From an uncultured Candidatus Rokubacteria bacterium (GTDB lineage: Bacteria; Methylomirabilota; Methylomirabilia; Rokubacteriales; DASRDR01), in the NCBI GenBank assembly GCA_963708025.1, contig CAVPSB010000014.1, positions 503,271-567,270 of the forward strand: a DNA stretch of 64,000 nt, read 5' to 3'. The position numbers and the translations under genes were made by a program. The notes beneath the pieces were generated by a model. It was given only the letters and a program-made list of their open reading frames with translations. It was not told the origin of the DNA and made no database searches. How positions within the stretch are numbered: the stretch's first letter is position 1; each line of letters starts with the position of its first letter. Shown one piece after another: positions 1 through 10,946 of this stretch.

Positions 1-407
1 GGGAGGACCGGCGTTCTACACGGTCGGTGAGGCGAGCTTCGGCCTCCAGGCCGGGGGCGACGCGCAGGAGGTGGTGCTGCTCGCGATGACGGAGCGCGGC
101 GTGACCAAGCTCCTGTCGGCCACCACCAAGCTCGGCACCGATGCCAGCGTGGCCGGGGGACCGGTCGGCGCGGGAGTGACGGCCGAGACCGGGCCTGAGC
201 GCGGACATCATCAGCTTCGCGCTGAGCAAGGGGGTGTTTATCGGCGTCTCACTCGAAGGGGCGGTGGTCGGGGTCCGCGGGGTCCTGAACAACGCCTACT
301 ACGGCAAGGAGGTCAACCCCACCGATATCCTGATCCGCCAGACCGTCAAGAACCCACAGGCGGCGCCGCTGATCGCGGCGGTCGCCAAGGTGGCCGGCGG
401 GAAGTGA
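1..407 (+). CDS. Lipid-binding SYLF/Ysc84 domain protein, 5'-partial, frameshift near 192
   Basis: Reads GPAFYTVGEASFGLQAGGDAQEVVLLAMT...ASVAGGPVGAG, then after a shift ADIISFALSKGVFIGVSLEGAVVGVRGVLNNAYYG...; TGA at 405-407. Confidence 0.85.
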
Positions 408-975
408 GCCGCCGGTCTTCGGGCTCGAGCGACGATCCGGGCGTGGGCTGTGACGGCCGGAAGGCTCGGGCCCGGAGGCGAGCAGAGTCAGGGCGGCGTG
501 CCGGGGACGGGCGGGGAGGCGTCGAGAACGCGGGAGCGCGATGTGTCGTGACACCGTGATGCCCCGGATCGACCCGTCAAGGGGCGGGACAGCCCCTCTT
601 CGATCATGCATCAGATGTCCGGCCCGCGCCGTCTCCGCGCGCCAGCGGGATTCTCGACGAGAGGACGGTTGACCTCAGGCAAGGATGGTAGCGGTGGCTG
701 ATGGAAGGCATGGCGATGAGCACAGCGGACGTGCCGCAAGGATGGAGGCTGAAGGAGTGAGCCAGTGACGAACGCTCGCGCGAGTCGATCCCGAACGGTT
801 GACGGTTGGCGGATCGGTTGAGGTCTGGCCGACCGCCCGGATGACGCCGTGGTGGCCGTTCCCTATCGGGGCAAGATCGGCAAGGTGACGATCGAGCTGA
901 AGGACGTGGAGACTGCCGATCCTCGCGAGGATCAGCACGTCACAGGCTCGCCGCCATGAATAGGGCGCGGGCCGA

Positions 976-1997
976 TTGACACGTCCGATGGTGTGGCTGG
1001 GGCGCCTCCTGGTGGGGCTCGGGTGCAGCGTCGTGCTCGGATGGATGGCGCTGGCCATCTACTTCGACTTCTCGCGGCTCGGGCCCCCGTGGCTCCGCGC
1101 CGGGCTCGGCGTTCTCGTACCGGTGGGCGCGCTGGTCGCTCTCTGGCTCGTGCGCCCGCGCCGGCGGGCGCTCGCCGGGATCCTGGGGGCGTTCGTCGTG
1201 GTCCTCGTCACGTGGCTCGCCATCCCGCCGTCCAACGAGCGGGACTGGCAGCCCGACGTGGCAACGCTGGCCTTTGCCGACATCCACGGCGATCGCGTGA
1301 TCGTGCACAACGTCCGCAACGCCGAGTACCGGACCGAGACCGACTACACGGTGCGCCTCGAGGATCGCGCGCTGGACCTCTCGAAGCTCCGCTCCCTGGA
1401 TCTCTTCCTCGTCCACTGGGGATCGCCCCTCATCGCCCACACGATCATGAGCTGGGGGTTCGAGGGCGATCGGTACCTGGCCATCTCGATCGAGACGCGC
1501 AAGGAGAAGGGCGAGCAGTACTCGGCGCTGCGCGGGTTCTTCCGCCAGTACGAGCTCGTCTTCGTGGTCGCGGACGAGCGCGACGTCGTGCGCCTCCGCA
1601 CGAATGTCCGCGGCGAGGACGTCCACGTCTACCGGCTCGACGCGCCCCCCGCGGACGCTCGCGCGCTGCTGCTCCGGTACCTCGAGGAGGTCAACCAGCT
1701 GCGCGAGCGGCCCCAGTGGTACAACGCGCTGACGGACAACTGCACGACGGCGATCCAGCGCCTCGCCCGGGTCGGGCGCCCGCCGGTCGTGGTGGAGCTG
1801 GAAGCTCTTCCTGAACGGCTACCTCGACGAGCTGGCGTACGACATCGGCGCCATCGATCGCTCCCTGCCGTTCTCCGTCCTCAAGGCGAAGAGCCACATC
1901 AACGAGCGGGCCAAGGCCGCCGACGACGACCCACGATTCTCGGTCCGGATCCGGGACGGGCTTCCTCGGATGTCCCGCGACCGCGGCGAGGCGATGA
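976..1997 (+). CDS. DUF4105 / Lnb N-terminal-like membrane protein, frameshift near 1775, 3' end uncertain
   Basis: Three N-terminal TM helices; PSNERDWQPDVA, AHTIMSWGF, SIETRKEKGE, YNALTDNCTT; C-terminus WKLFLNGYLDEL lies in a shifted frame. Confidence 0.8.
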
Positions 1998-2017
1998 CGC
2001 TCAGGGATGGAGCGGCG

Positions 2018-3918
2018 ATGAGCTCCGACGTGCGGCTGCGCCCGCATCGGCTCGCGCTCGTCTCGGCGCCCTCGGGCTCTGGCGCCTGGCGGCCTGCGCG
2101 GGCCCGGTGGGCACGGTCCGGGTCGACCCCAAGGTCGTCCATCGCCACCTCGGCCGGAGCGCCATCACGACGGGCGAGCCGAGCCTGGCCCGACGCGCAA
2201 CCTGCTCTTCGAGCGCGGTCTGCTTCGAAGCCTTCGACGAACGCCCGGAGGCCGCCATTGCCGAGCTGCACCGGGCGATGGTCGCGGCGGGGGGGGACCC
2301 GGACCTGCTCTTCGCCCTCGCCGAGCTCTCCTTCCTCCACGGCCAGGCGACCACGAAGCCCGACTACCACCTGGCCGCGGCCGTCTACGCCTACGCCTTC
2401 CTGTTCCCCGAAGGGCCCGGGTGCGCTCCCCGGGCGGTTCGACCCGCGCCTGCGGATCGCGGCGGATCTCTACAACTGGGCGCTCACGGCGAGCCTTCGC
2501 CTCGGAGGACCGCTCGGAGGTCGTCCCGCGGGGCGGCACGTTCACGCTGCCCTTCGGGCCGATCGAGGTGGCGTTCGATCCCGCCGCGCTCCGCGCCGGG
2601 GATCGGGAGCTCTACCGGTTCATCGCCGACCGCGGAGCTGGAGGTGCACGGGCTGGCCATGCGGTATCGCTGGCCGGGCCTCGGCGCCCCGCTCGCCGCC
2701 TCCACCCGGCCCATCGATGCCTCGAGACCCGGCCGGGACCTGGTGGCGCCGCGGCTCCAGGTGCCGGTGACGGCCCTGCTCCGGATCGCCGAGGCCCGGC
2801 ACGCCCTCGTGCAGGGGCGCCCGCTCGCGGGCACGCTCGAGCTCCACCTGGCCTGGGACGCGGAAACGGTCTCGATCGCCGGCGAGCCGGTCCCGCTCGA
2901 GAACGAGCCGACGGCGGCGCTCGCGCTCACGTTCACCGGCGTGCCGATCATGGAGCTCGAGCTGCTCGGGTTCCTGGGCCGGCTGACCGGGCTGATGCGC
3001 AGCGGCCCCCGCTCGTCTCCGCCACGCCGTACCGTCCCGGGCTCATCCCCGTGGTCTTCGTGCACGGCACGGAGTCGAGCGTGGTCCGCTGGGTGGAGAT
3101 GTACAATCGTCTGCTGGCCGATCCCGAGATCCGCAGCCGCTTCCAGTTCTGGTTCTTCCAGTACGATTCCGGCCAGCCCATCGCGCTGTCCTCTCTCCAC
3201 CTGCGCGAGGCCCTGACGGCGGCGGTGGCGCGGCTCGACCCCGAGGGCAAGGACCCGGCCCTGCGCCGGATGGTCCTGATCGGGCACAGCCAGGGGGGTC
3301 TGCTGGTCAAGATGCAGGTCATCAGCAGCGGTGATCGGCTCTGGAACGCGGTCAGTCGCAAGCCGCTCGATCAGCTGGTCCTGTCCGACCACGACTCGCG
3401 ACCTGCTCCGGCGTGGGCTGTTCGTCGAGCCGCTGCCCGAAGTCTCTCGCGTGGTGTTCATCTGCACGCCGCATCGGGGCAGCTTCGTCGCCGGACGCCA
3501 TATCATCGCCAACCTCGTCCGGCGACTCCTGACCCTGCCCTTCGCTCTCACCGGGGTGGCGGCGGACATCGCCCGGAACCCGGACGCCCTGGCGAGCGGG
3601 GTGAGCCCGGTCGTCCCGTCGGCGGTCGACAACATGTCGCCGCGTCACCCCTTCCTCCGGGCCCTGCAGGAGATTCCCGTCGCCCCGTCCGTCACGGTCA
3701 ACTCCATCGTCGCGGTCGAGGGGGACGGGCCGGTCGAGCAGGGCAACGACGGCGTGGTGGAGTACTCGAGCGCCCACATCGAGCCGGTCGAGTCCGAGCT
3801 GGTCGTGAAGTCGAGCCATTCCACGCAGGGCAATCCCCACACCATCGAGGAGGTCCGCCGCATTCTCCGGCTGCACGTGGGTCTGACGACGGGCACGGTC
3901 CCGCTGGAGGCCCGATGA
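2018..3918 (+). CDS. Alpha/beta hydrolase (lipase-like), probable lipoprotein, several frameshifts
   Basis: IPVVFVHGTESS, nucleophile elbow GHSQGG, VVFICTPHRGS, NDGVVEYSSAH, HSTQ, spread over ORFs 976, 2421 and 3331; LAAC near the N-terminus. Confidence 0.8.
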
Positions 3919-4001
3919 CCGCCGAGGACCATGGCCGGGAAACACGACCATGCCACCCGATTCGTCGTGGTCGTCATGTCGATCCAGGAGGACTCACGCA
4001 C

Positions 4002-4577
4002 ATGAAGAGCTCCGTCGTGGGAATACTGAGTCTCGCCGCCGTCCTGGTGGGATCGGTGGTTTCGGCGCTCGGCCCGGCCGCCCTGGCTGGCGAGCTAGCG
4101 GGCGTGACGCTGCCCGACACGCTGAAGGCCGGCGAGAAGACGTTGAAGCTGAACGGGCTGGGCCTCAGGAAAAAGGCCGTGTTCGAGGTCTACGTGGGCG
4201 GGCTGTACCTCGAATCACCCTCCAAGGACGCGGCCGCCATCCTCACGGCCGACCGGGCGAAGGCCATCCGCATGCATTTCCTGCGCGATCTGACGAAGGC
4301 GCAGCTCGTCGAGGCCTTTCAGGAGGGCTTCGAGGCCAACGTGAAGGACCGGGCCCCCCAGAAGGCCGCGTTCGACAGGATGCTCGCGCTCGTGCCCGAC
4401 GTGAAGATTGGCAGCACGCTGACGTTCACGTACCTGCCGGGAAAAGGCACGACGCTCTCTGCCGGGAGCAATGAGCTGGGTGTCTTCGAGGGGAAGGGGT
4501 TCGCGGACGCGGTCTTCGCGATCTGGCTGGGTCCCAAGCCGCCTACCGAGGATCTGAAGAAGGGGCTGCTGGGCTGA
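4002..4577 (+). CDS. Chalcone isomerase-like secreted protein
   Basis: RBS aggagg, signal peptide, LKLNGLGLRKKAVFEVYVGGLYL, FAIWLGPKPPTEDLKKGLLG. Confidence 0.9.
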   Translation: MKSSVVGILSLAAVLVGSVVSALGPAALAGELAGVTLPDTLKAGEKTLKLNGLGLRKKAVFEVYVGGLYLESPSKDAAAILTADRAKAIRMHFLRDLTKAQLVEAFQEGFEANVKDRAPQKAAFDRMLALVPDVKIGSTLTFTYLPGKGTTLSAGSNELGVFEGKGFADAVFAIWLGPKPPTEDLKKGLLG

Positions 4578-4760
4578 TGCGGTGGCGCCCGAGGAGCGCG
4601 CCCGCACGAGCGTCCGGCAACGGGTGACGAAAGAGATCATGCGATGCGCCGACGCGACCCTGGCAATGGGCGACACGAACCGACCAGTCGCTCTGGCGGG
4701 CTCTCCGCTTATCGTAGTCCCGGTCGACGCGGGCTCGGGTCGGGCGCGCGGGGGTTCTGA

Positions 4761-7221
4761 GTGATCGTCACGGTGTCGCTGGCCCAGATGCTCCTCGGCG
4801 TCCTCCTCCTGTTGACGCCCGTGGTCCGCGGCGAGGCGGCGGACCAGAAGGCGTCGGCTCCGCAAGAAGCGACGGTCCCGGCGCCGCCGCCGTTCCCGGC
4901 GATCCCACTCGCCGAGGTGGCGCCGCAGGCCACGGAGATGGAGGCGCTCCTGCGCGCCTATCGGACGCTGCAAGCCTCCACGCCGGCGACCTCGATGATC
5001 GAGAAGCAGCTTCCCGAGGCCAGCGCCCTCATCAGCCGCGAGCTCGAGCGGACGCTGAGCCTCCTGCGGGAGCAGCCGACGCTCGAGACGCTCGAGGTGA
5101 AGCAGGAGCTCTGGGCAAGGCGGCAGCTCCTGACAACCACCTGGCTGGGTGCGCTCACGCGACGGGTCATCCACCTGCAGGAGGCCCTGACCCGCCTGGC
5201 GGACCAGCATCAGACGTGGACCCAGACCCAGGATGCCGCGCGTGCGGCAAAGGCGCCGGAGCCGATACTCGGGCAGATCGCCGAGGTTCTCGCCGCGATC
5301 GAGGCCGCACAGACGCCCCTGCAGGCCCAGCGCGCGGTCGCGCTCGAACTCCAGAGCCGTGTCGCCCGGGAGGTGGCCCGCTGTCAGACCGCCTTGGCGC
5401 AGGTGGCCGAGGCGCAGCGGCAAGCGGTGGGAGGGCTCCTGGAGCCGGAGCGCCCGCCGATCTGGAACACCCAGTGGTGGGTGGGCGCGCGGACCGTCAA
5501 CGCTCGCAACGTCCGCGATATCGCCGCCGACTGGTGGCGCGCGGTGATCCAGCACCTCCGCGATCCCGCCAACGGCCTGAAGGCGCATGCGGCACTCTTG
5601 GTGATCCTGGCCGCCTTGCTGTGGGCGGCACGGCGCTGGACCCATGGTTCGGTCGCCATGGAGGGCGCCTCGTTCGCGACCGCGGTGTTCGATCGTCCCT
5701 TCTCCGCCGCGCTGCTCATCGGCCTGGTCAGCCATCCCTTCGTCTATGGCCCGGCGGGCCCGGAGACGCGGCAACTGTTCCAGGTCGCGCTGCTGGTCCC
5801 GGTGATCCGGCTGACGCGACCGGTCGTGGACCCGCACGTGTTCCCTGGCCTCCTCGTGCTGGCAGCCGTGTTCACCCTTGATACCGTCCGAAGAGCCGCC
5901 GGCACGCTGGCGATCGAGCCAGCGATCCTGTCGGTGGAGATGCTCGCCGGGCTGCTCGGGCTGGGCTACACCCTGACGGTTGGGCCTCTCCGGCGCCCGC
6001 CTGCGCGGGATGCCGAGTCGGAGCGGTTGCGCGCCACTCGGGTGGTCGGCGCCCTCATTCTGGTCGTTGTTCGCCGCCGCGCTGGTGTGCACGGTCCTCG
6101 GGTACCTGCGCCTCGGGCGTGTGATCGCCTCCGGCGTGCTCGGCAGCGTCTTCCTGGCGCTCGTGCTGAGGCCCGTCGTCCGGGTGATCACCGGTCTGGT
6201 CGCGCTGACGCTCCGCATGTGGCCGGTCCGGCTCCTCCGGATGATCGAGCATCACCGCGACCTCCTCGAGCGCCGCACGCACCGCGTGCTGGTCTGGCTT
6301 GCGGTCGGCGTGTGGCTCACCCGCTCGCTGGACTACGTCGGCGTGCTGGGGCCGGCGCGGACGCTCGGGCAAAGCCTGCTCGGTGCCAAGCTCGAGCGGG
6401 GCGCGCTCAGCATCTCCGTCGAGGACGTCCTGGCCTTCGCGCTCACGCTGTGGGTCGCGTACCTGCTGTCCGCCTTCCTTCGCTTCGCACTGGAGGAGGA
6501 CGTCTATCCCCGCGCTGGCCTGGCCCGCGGCTTGTCCTATGCCCTCTCGAGCCTGCTGAACTACGTCCTCCTCACCGTGGGCTTCCTGGCGGGCCTGGCG
6601 GTCCTGGGGCTGGACCTCACGAAGCTGACCATCATAGCCGGCGCGTTCGGCGTCGGGATCGGCTTCGGCCTGCAGAGCGTGGTGAACAACTTCGTCTCGG
6701 GGCTGATCCTGCTCTTCGAGCGGCCGATCCACGTCGGCGATACCATCGAGGCGGGCGGGATCACGGGGAGCGTGCGCCGGATCGGCATCCGCTCGAGCGT
6801 GGTGCGCACCGGGCAAGGGGCCGAGATCATCGTCCCCAACGCGCAGCTCGTCACGGAACGGGTGACGAACTGGACGCTCAGCGATCGACAACGGCTCATC
6901 GAGCTGCCGGTGGGCGTGAGCTACAGCGCGCATCCCAAGAAGGTCATGGAGATGCTGGAAACGGTGGCGCAGGCACACCCCCAGGTGTTGCGGCAGCCAC
7001 CGCCCAGGGCGTTCTTCACGGGCTTCGGCGACAGCTCGATCAATTTCGAGCTGCGAGCCTGGACGGACCAGTTCGACCAGTGGTTCCAGATCCGGAGCGA
7101 GCTGGCCGCGGCCGTGTATGATGCGGGCCAGGCGGCCGGGATCTCGTTTCCCTTTCCCCAGCGCGAGGTGCGTCTGCTTCAGGACCCCTCGGCCCGGCCC
7201 GCTGCGGGCCCGGTACCCTAG
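4761..7221 (+). CDS. MscS/MscK-family mechanosensitive channel, frameshift near 6070
   Basis: Periplasmic coiled coil, many TMs, GAFGVGIGFGLQSVVNNFVSGLILLFERPIHVGD, IIVPN, GISFPFPQREV. Confidence 0.9.
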
Positions 7222-7225
7222 AGAA

Positions 7226-7296
7226 GCTCGGCACGGCCGCCCCGGCCGGCGAGCTGGCGGACGCGACGTTGCCCGACACGCTGAAGGCCGGCGAGA
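7226..7296 (+). repeat. Degenerate 71-bp copy of 4067-4137 (part of the chalcone isomerase-like gene)
   Basis: Manual alignment gives 64/71 identities and no gaps. Confidence 0.85.
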
Positions 7297-7599
7297 CCCG
7301 CACAGGGGCAAAGTGCTCCTGGAAGACCTGTTGCGGATTTGTTGCGTCTCCTGCCGCAGACTGCCGGGAAATGCCGACCAGAGAGCGAGAAGTTACCGTT
7401 ACTTAGCGTGGACCGACGAAAGAAACTCTTTCGCCGCTTTGCAGGGGCGTCAGGTGGGGGAACTATAGACTGTGACAGGCTTTTCAGTCATTCCGACACT
7501 CTCCTCTATGGTACCCATTGGCCCGAGTGGCCCCGTTTTGCGCCCGTTCGCGCCGCGTCGTTCCGGCTCCAGGGCTGGGGTCGCCGCGGGGAAAGACCG

Positions 7600-7876
7600 G
7601 CACCGCTGTCCGGAGTCATCGTCCAGCCGGTTCGTGATCTCCCGTTGGCCGCCCGGAAACGGTGGATGTAGCAGTTCATCGTCTTTTGGATGCTTCGGTG
7701 CCGCATCTGGCTTCAGCAGCAGCACCTCGCCCCCCCGGAGGCCTGTCCGGGATGATCAGCACGATGGGATAGAGGGCTGGGAAGTGTCGCTCAGCGGCGA
7801 GCAGCAAGGTTCTCAGCTCCGGCTCAGGGAACAGTTTCCGGGCGTCGACGGCACGGCTGCCCCTTGGCCGGGTCAA
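7600..7876 (-). pseudogene. Internally deleted tyrosine recombinase/integrase remnant
   Basis: Across frames: ELRTLLLAAERHFPALYPIVL / RTGLRGGEVLLLKPD (box I) / QMRHRSIQKTMNCYIH (box II-like) / FPGGQREITNRLDD. Confidence 0.7.
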
Positions 7877-7884
7877 GGCCGGGC

Positions 7885-8505
7885 TCAGCCGGGCAGCCTC
7901 CAGGCCGCGCAGAGGTCCGCCGAGGTTACGACATCGCCGAAATACGCGCGGATGTTGTAGAGCGTCGCGTCGTGGGCCGGTCGGTGGCTGGTGGCGGCCG
8001 CGTCCTCGGGGAGGACGACGTAGTAGTCGAGCATGTGGCCGTCACGCGCCGTCGACTCGACGCACACGTTCGTGGCCGTCCCGGTCGGGACGATGGTGCG
8101 AATGCCCCGGCTGCGGAGGATGAGGTCCAGCGGCGTGTTGATGAAGGCGCTGTAGCGGTGCTTGGTGACGACGACGTCGCCCCCGTGTGGCCGAAGGTCC
8201 CCGTACCAATCCGCGCCCCAGGTGCCTTCAGTGCAGCCGGAGGCCGCGCGGCCGCGGCGGCGCTCGCGCCATGCGTCCGAGTTCGTCGTCTCGTCGTGGC
8301 TGGCTCGGATGAAGACCACCAGGACCCCCGCGCGCCGCGCCACGGCCGTCAGGGCCCCGAGCGTCGGCACGATGACCCGAACGAGGCGTACGTCGTCGCC
8401 GTTCTTCGCGCTGGCGCCCTGGTCGTCACAGAAGTCGTTCTGCATATCGATGACGAGCAGCGCGGTGTGCTTGGGAGCGACCTTCTCGGCTAGGGTGGTC
8501 AGCAT
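7885..8505 (-). CDS. Cysteine hydrolase / isochorismatase family (RutB-like)
   Basis: TALLVIDMQNDFC, KHRYSAF, GTATNVCVESTARD give the Asp-Lys-Cys triad. Confidence 0.93.
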   Translation of the reverse strand: MLTTLAEKVAPKHTALLVIDMQNDFCDDQGASAKNGDDVRLVRVIVPTLGALTAVARRAGVLVVFIRASHDETTNSDAWRERRRGRAASGCTEGTWGADWYGDLRPHGGDVVVTKHRYSAFINTPLDLILRSRGIRTIVPTGTATNVCVESTARDGHMLDYYVVLPEDAAATSHRPAHDATLYNIRAYFGDVVTSADLCAAWRLPG

Positions 8506-8548
8506 GGGTCCTCGTCGCTCGCGCGTCGCGCCCCGCGCCCGCCGCCCG

Positions 8549-8745
8549 TCAGCCCGCGATGAGTCGCTCGAGCGCCTGGGCCATCCGCCGGTCCAGGCGC
8601 TCGTAGAAGCGCCGTTGCTCGAGCGTGCGGCCGCGCGGGCGAGAGGGTGATCACGGGATTGGTGTTGATTTCCACCTGAACCTTGCCATGGAGCACGCCG
8701 GAGTCCATGCGTCCGTATTCGATTCGCGCCAGCCGGAAGATTGCC
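8549..8745 (-). pseudogene. C-terminal gene remnant, ATP-grasp-like
   Basis: IFRLARIEYGRMDSGVLHGKVQVEINTNP, then shifted LEQRRFYERLDRRMAQALERLIAG*; no start codon or N-terminus. Confidence 0.4.
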
Positions 8746-8770
8746 CGCGGGGGTGGGGCCGGACGCCGCG

Positions 8771-10495
8771 TCAGGCCCTCTCCACGATGTACGCCTGCGG
8801 GAGCGTATGGTAGTACAGGTTGGTATCGATGACGAGGTCGCCGAACCGGTTCCGCGGCACGCCGCGTACCCACGGCTTGAGCGCCGCGTAGGGTGTCCCC
8901 CAGGTGACCGGCACGTAGGCCACCTCGGACTGAAGGATCTCCTCGGCCTTTCGGTAGAGGGCCATCCGCTTCGGGTGGTCGCGTTCCCCCTGGGCCGCTT
9001 CCAGGAGGCGGTCGAACTGATCACTGACCCACGCCTGGCGTCGGCCGGCGGTGGTGTTGCCGTAGAACGTGTCGAAGTACTCGTTGTGAGGGTCCGGGTA
9101 GTCGATGGACCAGCGATGCCAGATCAGCTGGAAGTCATGCTTCCAGAGCCGTTCCAGGAACACTCGACGCTCGAGGACGACGAGTTCGGTCTTCATGTTG
9201 AGGTGCTCGTGGAGCATCGCCTGGATCGCTTCGGCCATGGGCTTGGCGCCTTCCCCCTGCTCGCGCATCGTCAGCGCGATGGGAGGCCAGTTCCGGCCGG
9301 CTTCGAACGGGGTGCCGCGAAGCGCCGCCAGGGCGGCCTTCGGATCGAACCGCTGCCGGTCGCGGATCCGGCTGTCCTCGATATGTCCCGGCAGGCCCGG
9401 CGGCACCATGGAGTGTGCCGGGATGGCAACCCCCTGCGCCACCTTCGCCACCGCCTCCCGATCGATGGCCTGGGATACCGCCCGACGGACCCTGAGATTG
9501 TCGAATGGCGGTTTCGTGACCTGCGGCGTGAGATACCACGTCTGCGGGCGCGGATAGCGGAACACCTGCTTGCTCAAAACGGGATCGGCCAGGGCGCGCG
9601 TCAGTTCGCCGGGCGGCACGAGCGTGAAGTCCACCTCGTTGTTCTCGTATGGGAGGAACCCGGACGCCAGCGGGATGATCGGTACGACGACCCGCTCGAG
9701 CCGGACGTGCTGCGCGTCGAAATAGTAAGGGTTCCGCTTGAGCACGAATTGCCGGTGATGATCCCAGGACTCGAGAACGAATGGGCCGTTGCTCACGATG
9801 TTCGGGGGGAGGGTCCACTTGTCTCCGTGCTTTTCGACAGCCGGCCGATACGCCGGAAGCCCCACCAAGTACCCGGTGAGGACCGGGAAGTAGGCGCGGG
9901 GACCCTCGAGCGTCACCACCAGGGTGTGGTCGTCCTTCGCGTGCACCCCCAGGAGGGCCGAATCTTTGATTTGCCCATTGTTGAACGCCCTTGAGTTTTT
10001 GATGTCGTAGAGAAACGACGCGTGAAGCGCGCCGGTGGCCGGATCGAGCTTGCGCCTCCAGGACCAGACGAAATCGTGAGCGGTACACGCCGCGCCGTTG
10101 GACCATCGGGCGTCCTTCCGCAGGTAGAAGGTCCAGACGGACGCGTCCTCGTTGGATTCGAGTCTCGACGCCACGTGGGGGACCGGCAGGAAGTCGGCAC
10201 TGAAGCGGACGAGGCCCGCGAACAAAGCCGGGTGGCCTCCACACCAGATGTCCTTGTTGAAATCGTGGCTCAGCGGGTCCTGCGCGAAGTACCCGCCGCC
10301 CCCGATCCGGAGCACCTGGTCCCGCGCGAGCTTCTCTCCGGGCGCGAGCTGCGGCGTCCCTGCGCGGGCGGATGGGGCGAACCCCGGTCCGGCGGCAGCC
10401 AGACCCGCGACGATTCGGAGAAAGCCGCGCCGGCTGACCCCGATCGTGGCAAGTCGCTGCTCGAGGAGCGTGAGCTGACGGTCCGGTATGCGCAC
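8771..10495 (-). CDS. Oligopeptide ABC substrate-binding protein (OppA-like, family 5) with Tat signal
   Basis: SRRGFLR Tat motif; WTFYLRKDARWSNG, SNGPFVL, PPFDNLRVRRA; GGAGGG RBS before GTG. Confidence 0.9.
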   Translation of the reverse strand: MRIPDRQLTLLEQRLATIGVSRRGFLRIVAGLAAAGPGFAPSARAGTPQLAPGEKLARDQVLRIGGGGYFAQDPLSHDFNKDIWCGGHPALFAGLVRFSADFLPVPHVASRLESNEDASVWTFYLRKDARWSNGAACTAHDFVWSWRRKLDPATGALHASFLYDIKNSRAFNNGQIKDSALLGVHAKDDHTLVVTLEGPRAYFPVLTGYLVGLPAYRPAVEKHGDKWTLPPNIVSNGPFVLESWDHHRQFVLKRNPYYFDAQHVRLERVVVPIIPLASGFLPYENNEVDFTLVPPGELTRALADPVLSKQVFRYPRPQTWYLTPQVTKPPFDNLRVRRAVSQAIDREAVAKVAQGVAIPAHSMVPPGLPGHIEDSRIRDRQRFDPKAALAALRGTPFEAGRNWPPIALTMREQGEGAKPMAEAIQAMLHEHLNMKTELVVLERRVFLERLWKHDFQLIWHRWSIDYPDPHNEYFDTFYGNTTAGRRQAWVSDQFDRLLEAAQGERDHPKRMALYRKAEEILQSEVAYVPVTWGTPYAALKPWVRGVPRNRFGDLVIDTNLYYHTLPQAYIVERA

Positions 10496-10838
10496 GGTCG
10501 GCCCTCCCATCGGGTCAAAGAATGGCGAGAGGATAATTGCAAGAATCGATCCTCCAGCCGCGTCCACGCGACGTCCGGCGCCGCACATACGTGGGACAGC
10601 TCCCGGGTCATGTCGGCGGAGATCCTGACGCGATCGGCTGGTCGACCAGATACTTGGCTGCGGGAGGGCCTCGAAGACGAACGGGAGGATGCCTTGGCCC
10701 ACCTGTCCGGGTCCCCACCGGAGCCTACCATACTACGCGCCTCCCGCCCGCCCCTCTTTCACCGAATGGGTGCGTGCCCTGGCAAGCCTGGCGCGGCCTT
10801 CAGCCCGTTGGCGCGGAATCAGGGGGAGCCCGGTTTCC

Positions 10839-10867
10839 TTGACAAGGGATCGGGGGGTCGATATCGT
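10839..10867 (+). promoter_or_regulatory. Sigma-70 promoter candidate for the galT-like gene
   Basis: TTGACA-17 nt-TATCGT. Confidence 0.6.
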
Positions 10868-10946
10868 TAGCGATGTCATTGTTTTTACAGGCCGTTGCGT
10901 CGATGGGGCGGCTTCGGGCGGCGCCCTGGGCCGCGAGGGAGTGGCG

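Noticed and set aside
700-960. Small ORF or fragment (AVVAVPYRGKIGKVTIELKD)
   Set aside because: No clean start or recognisable family
976-4577. Giant fusions (DUF4105-hydrolase; hydrolase-chalcone isomerase) in the ORF track
   Set aside because: Explained by indels and GC-rich open frames; separate RBS/start codons exist at 2018 and 4002
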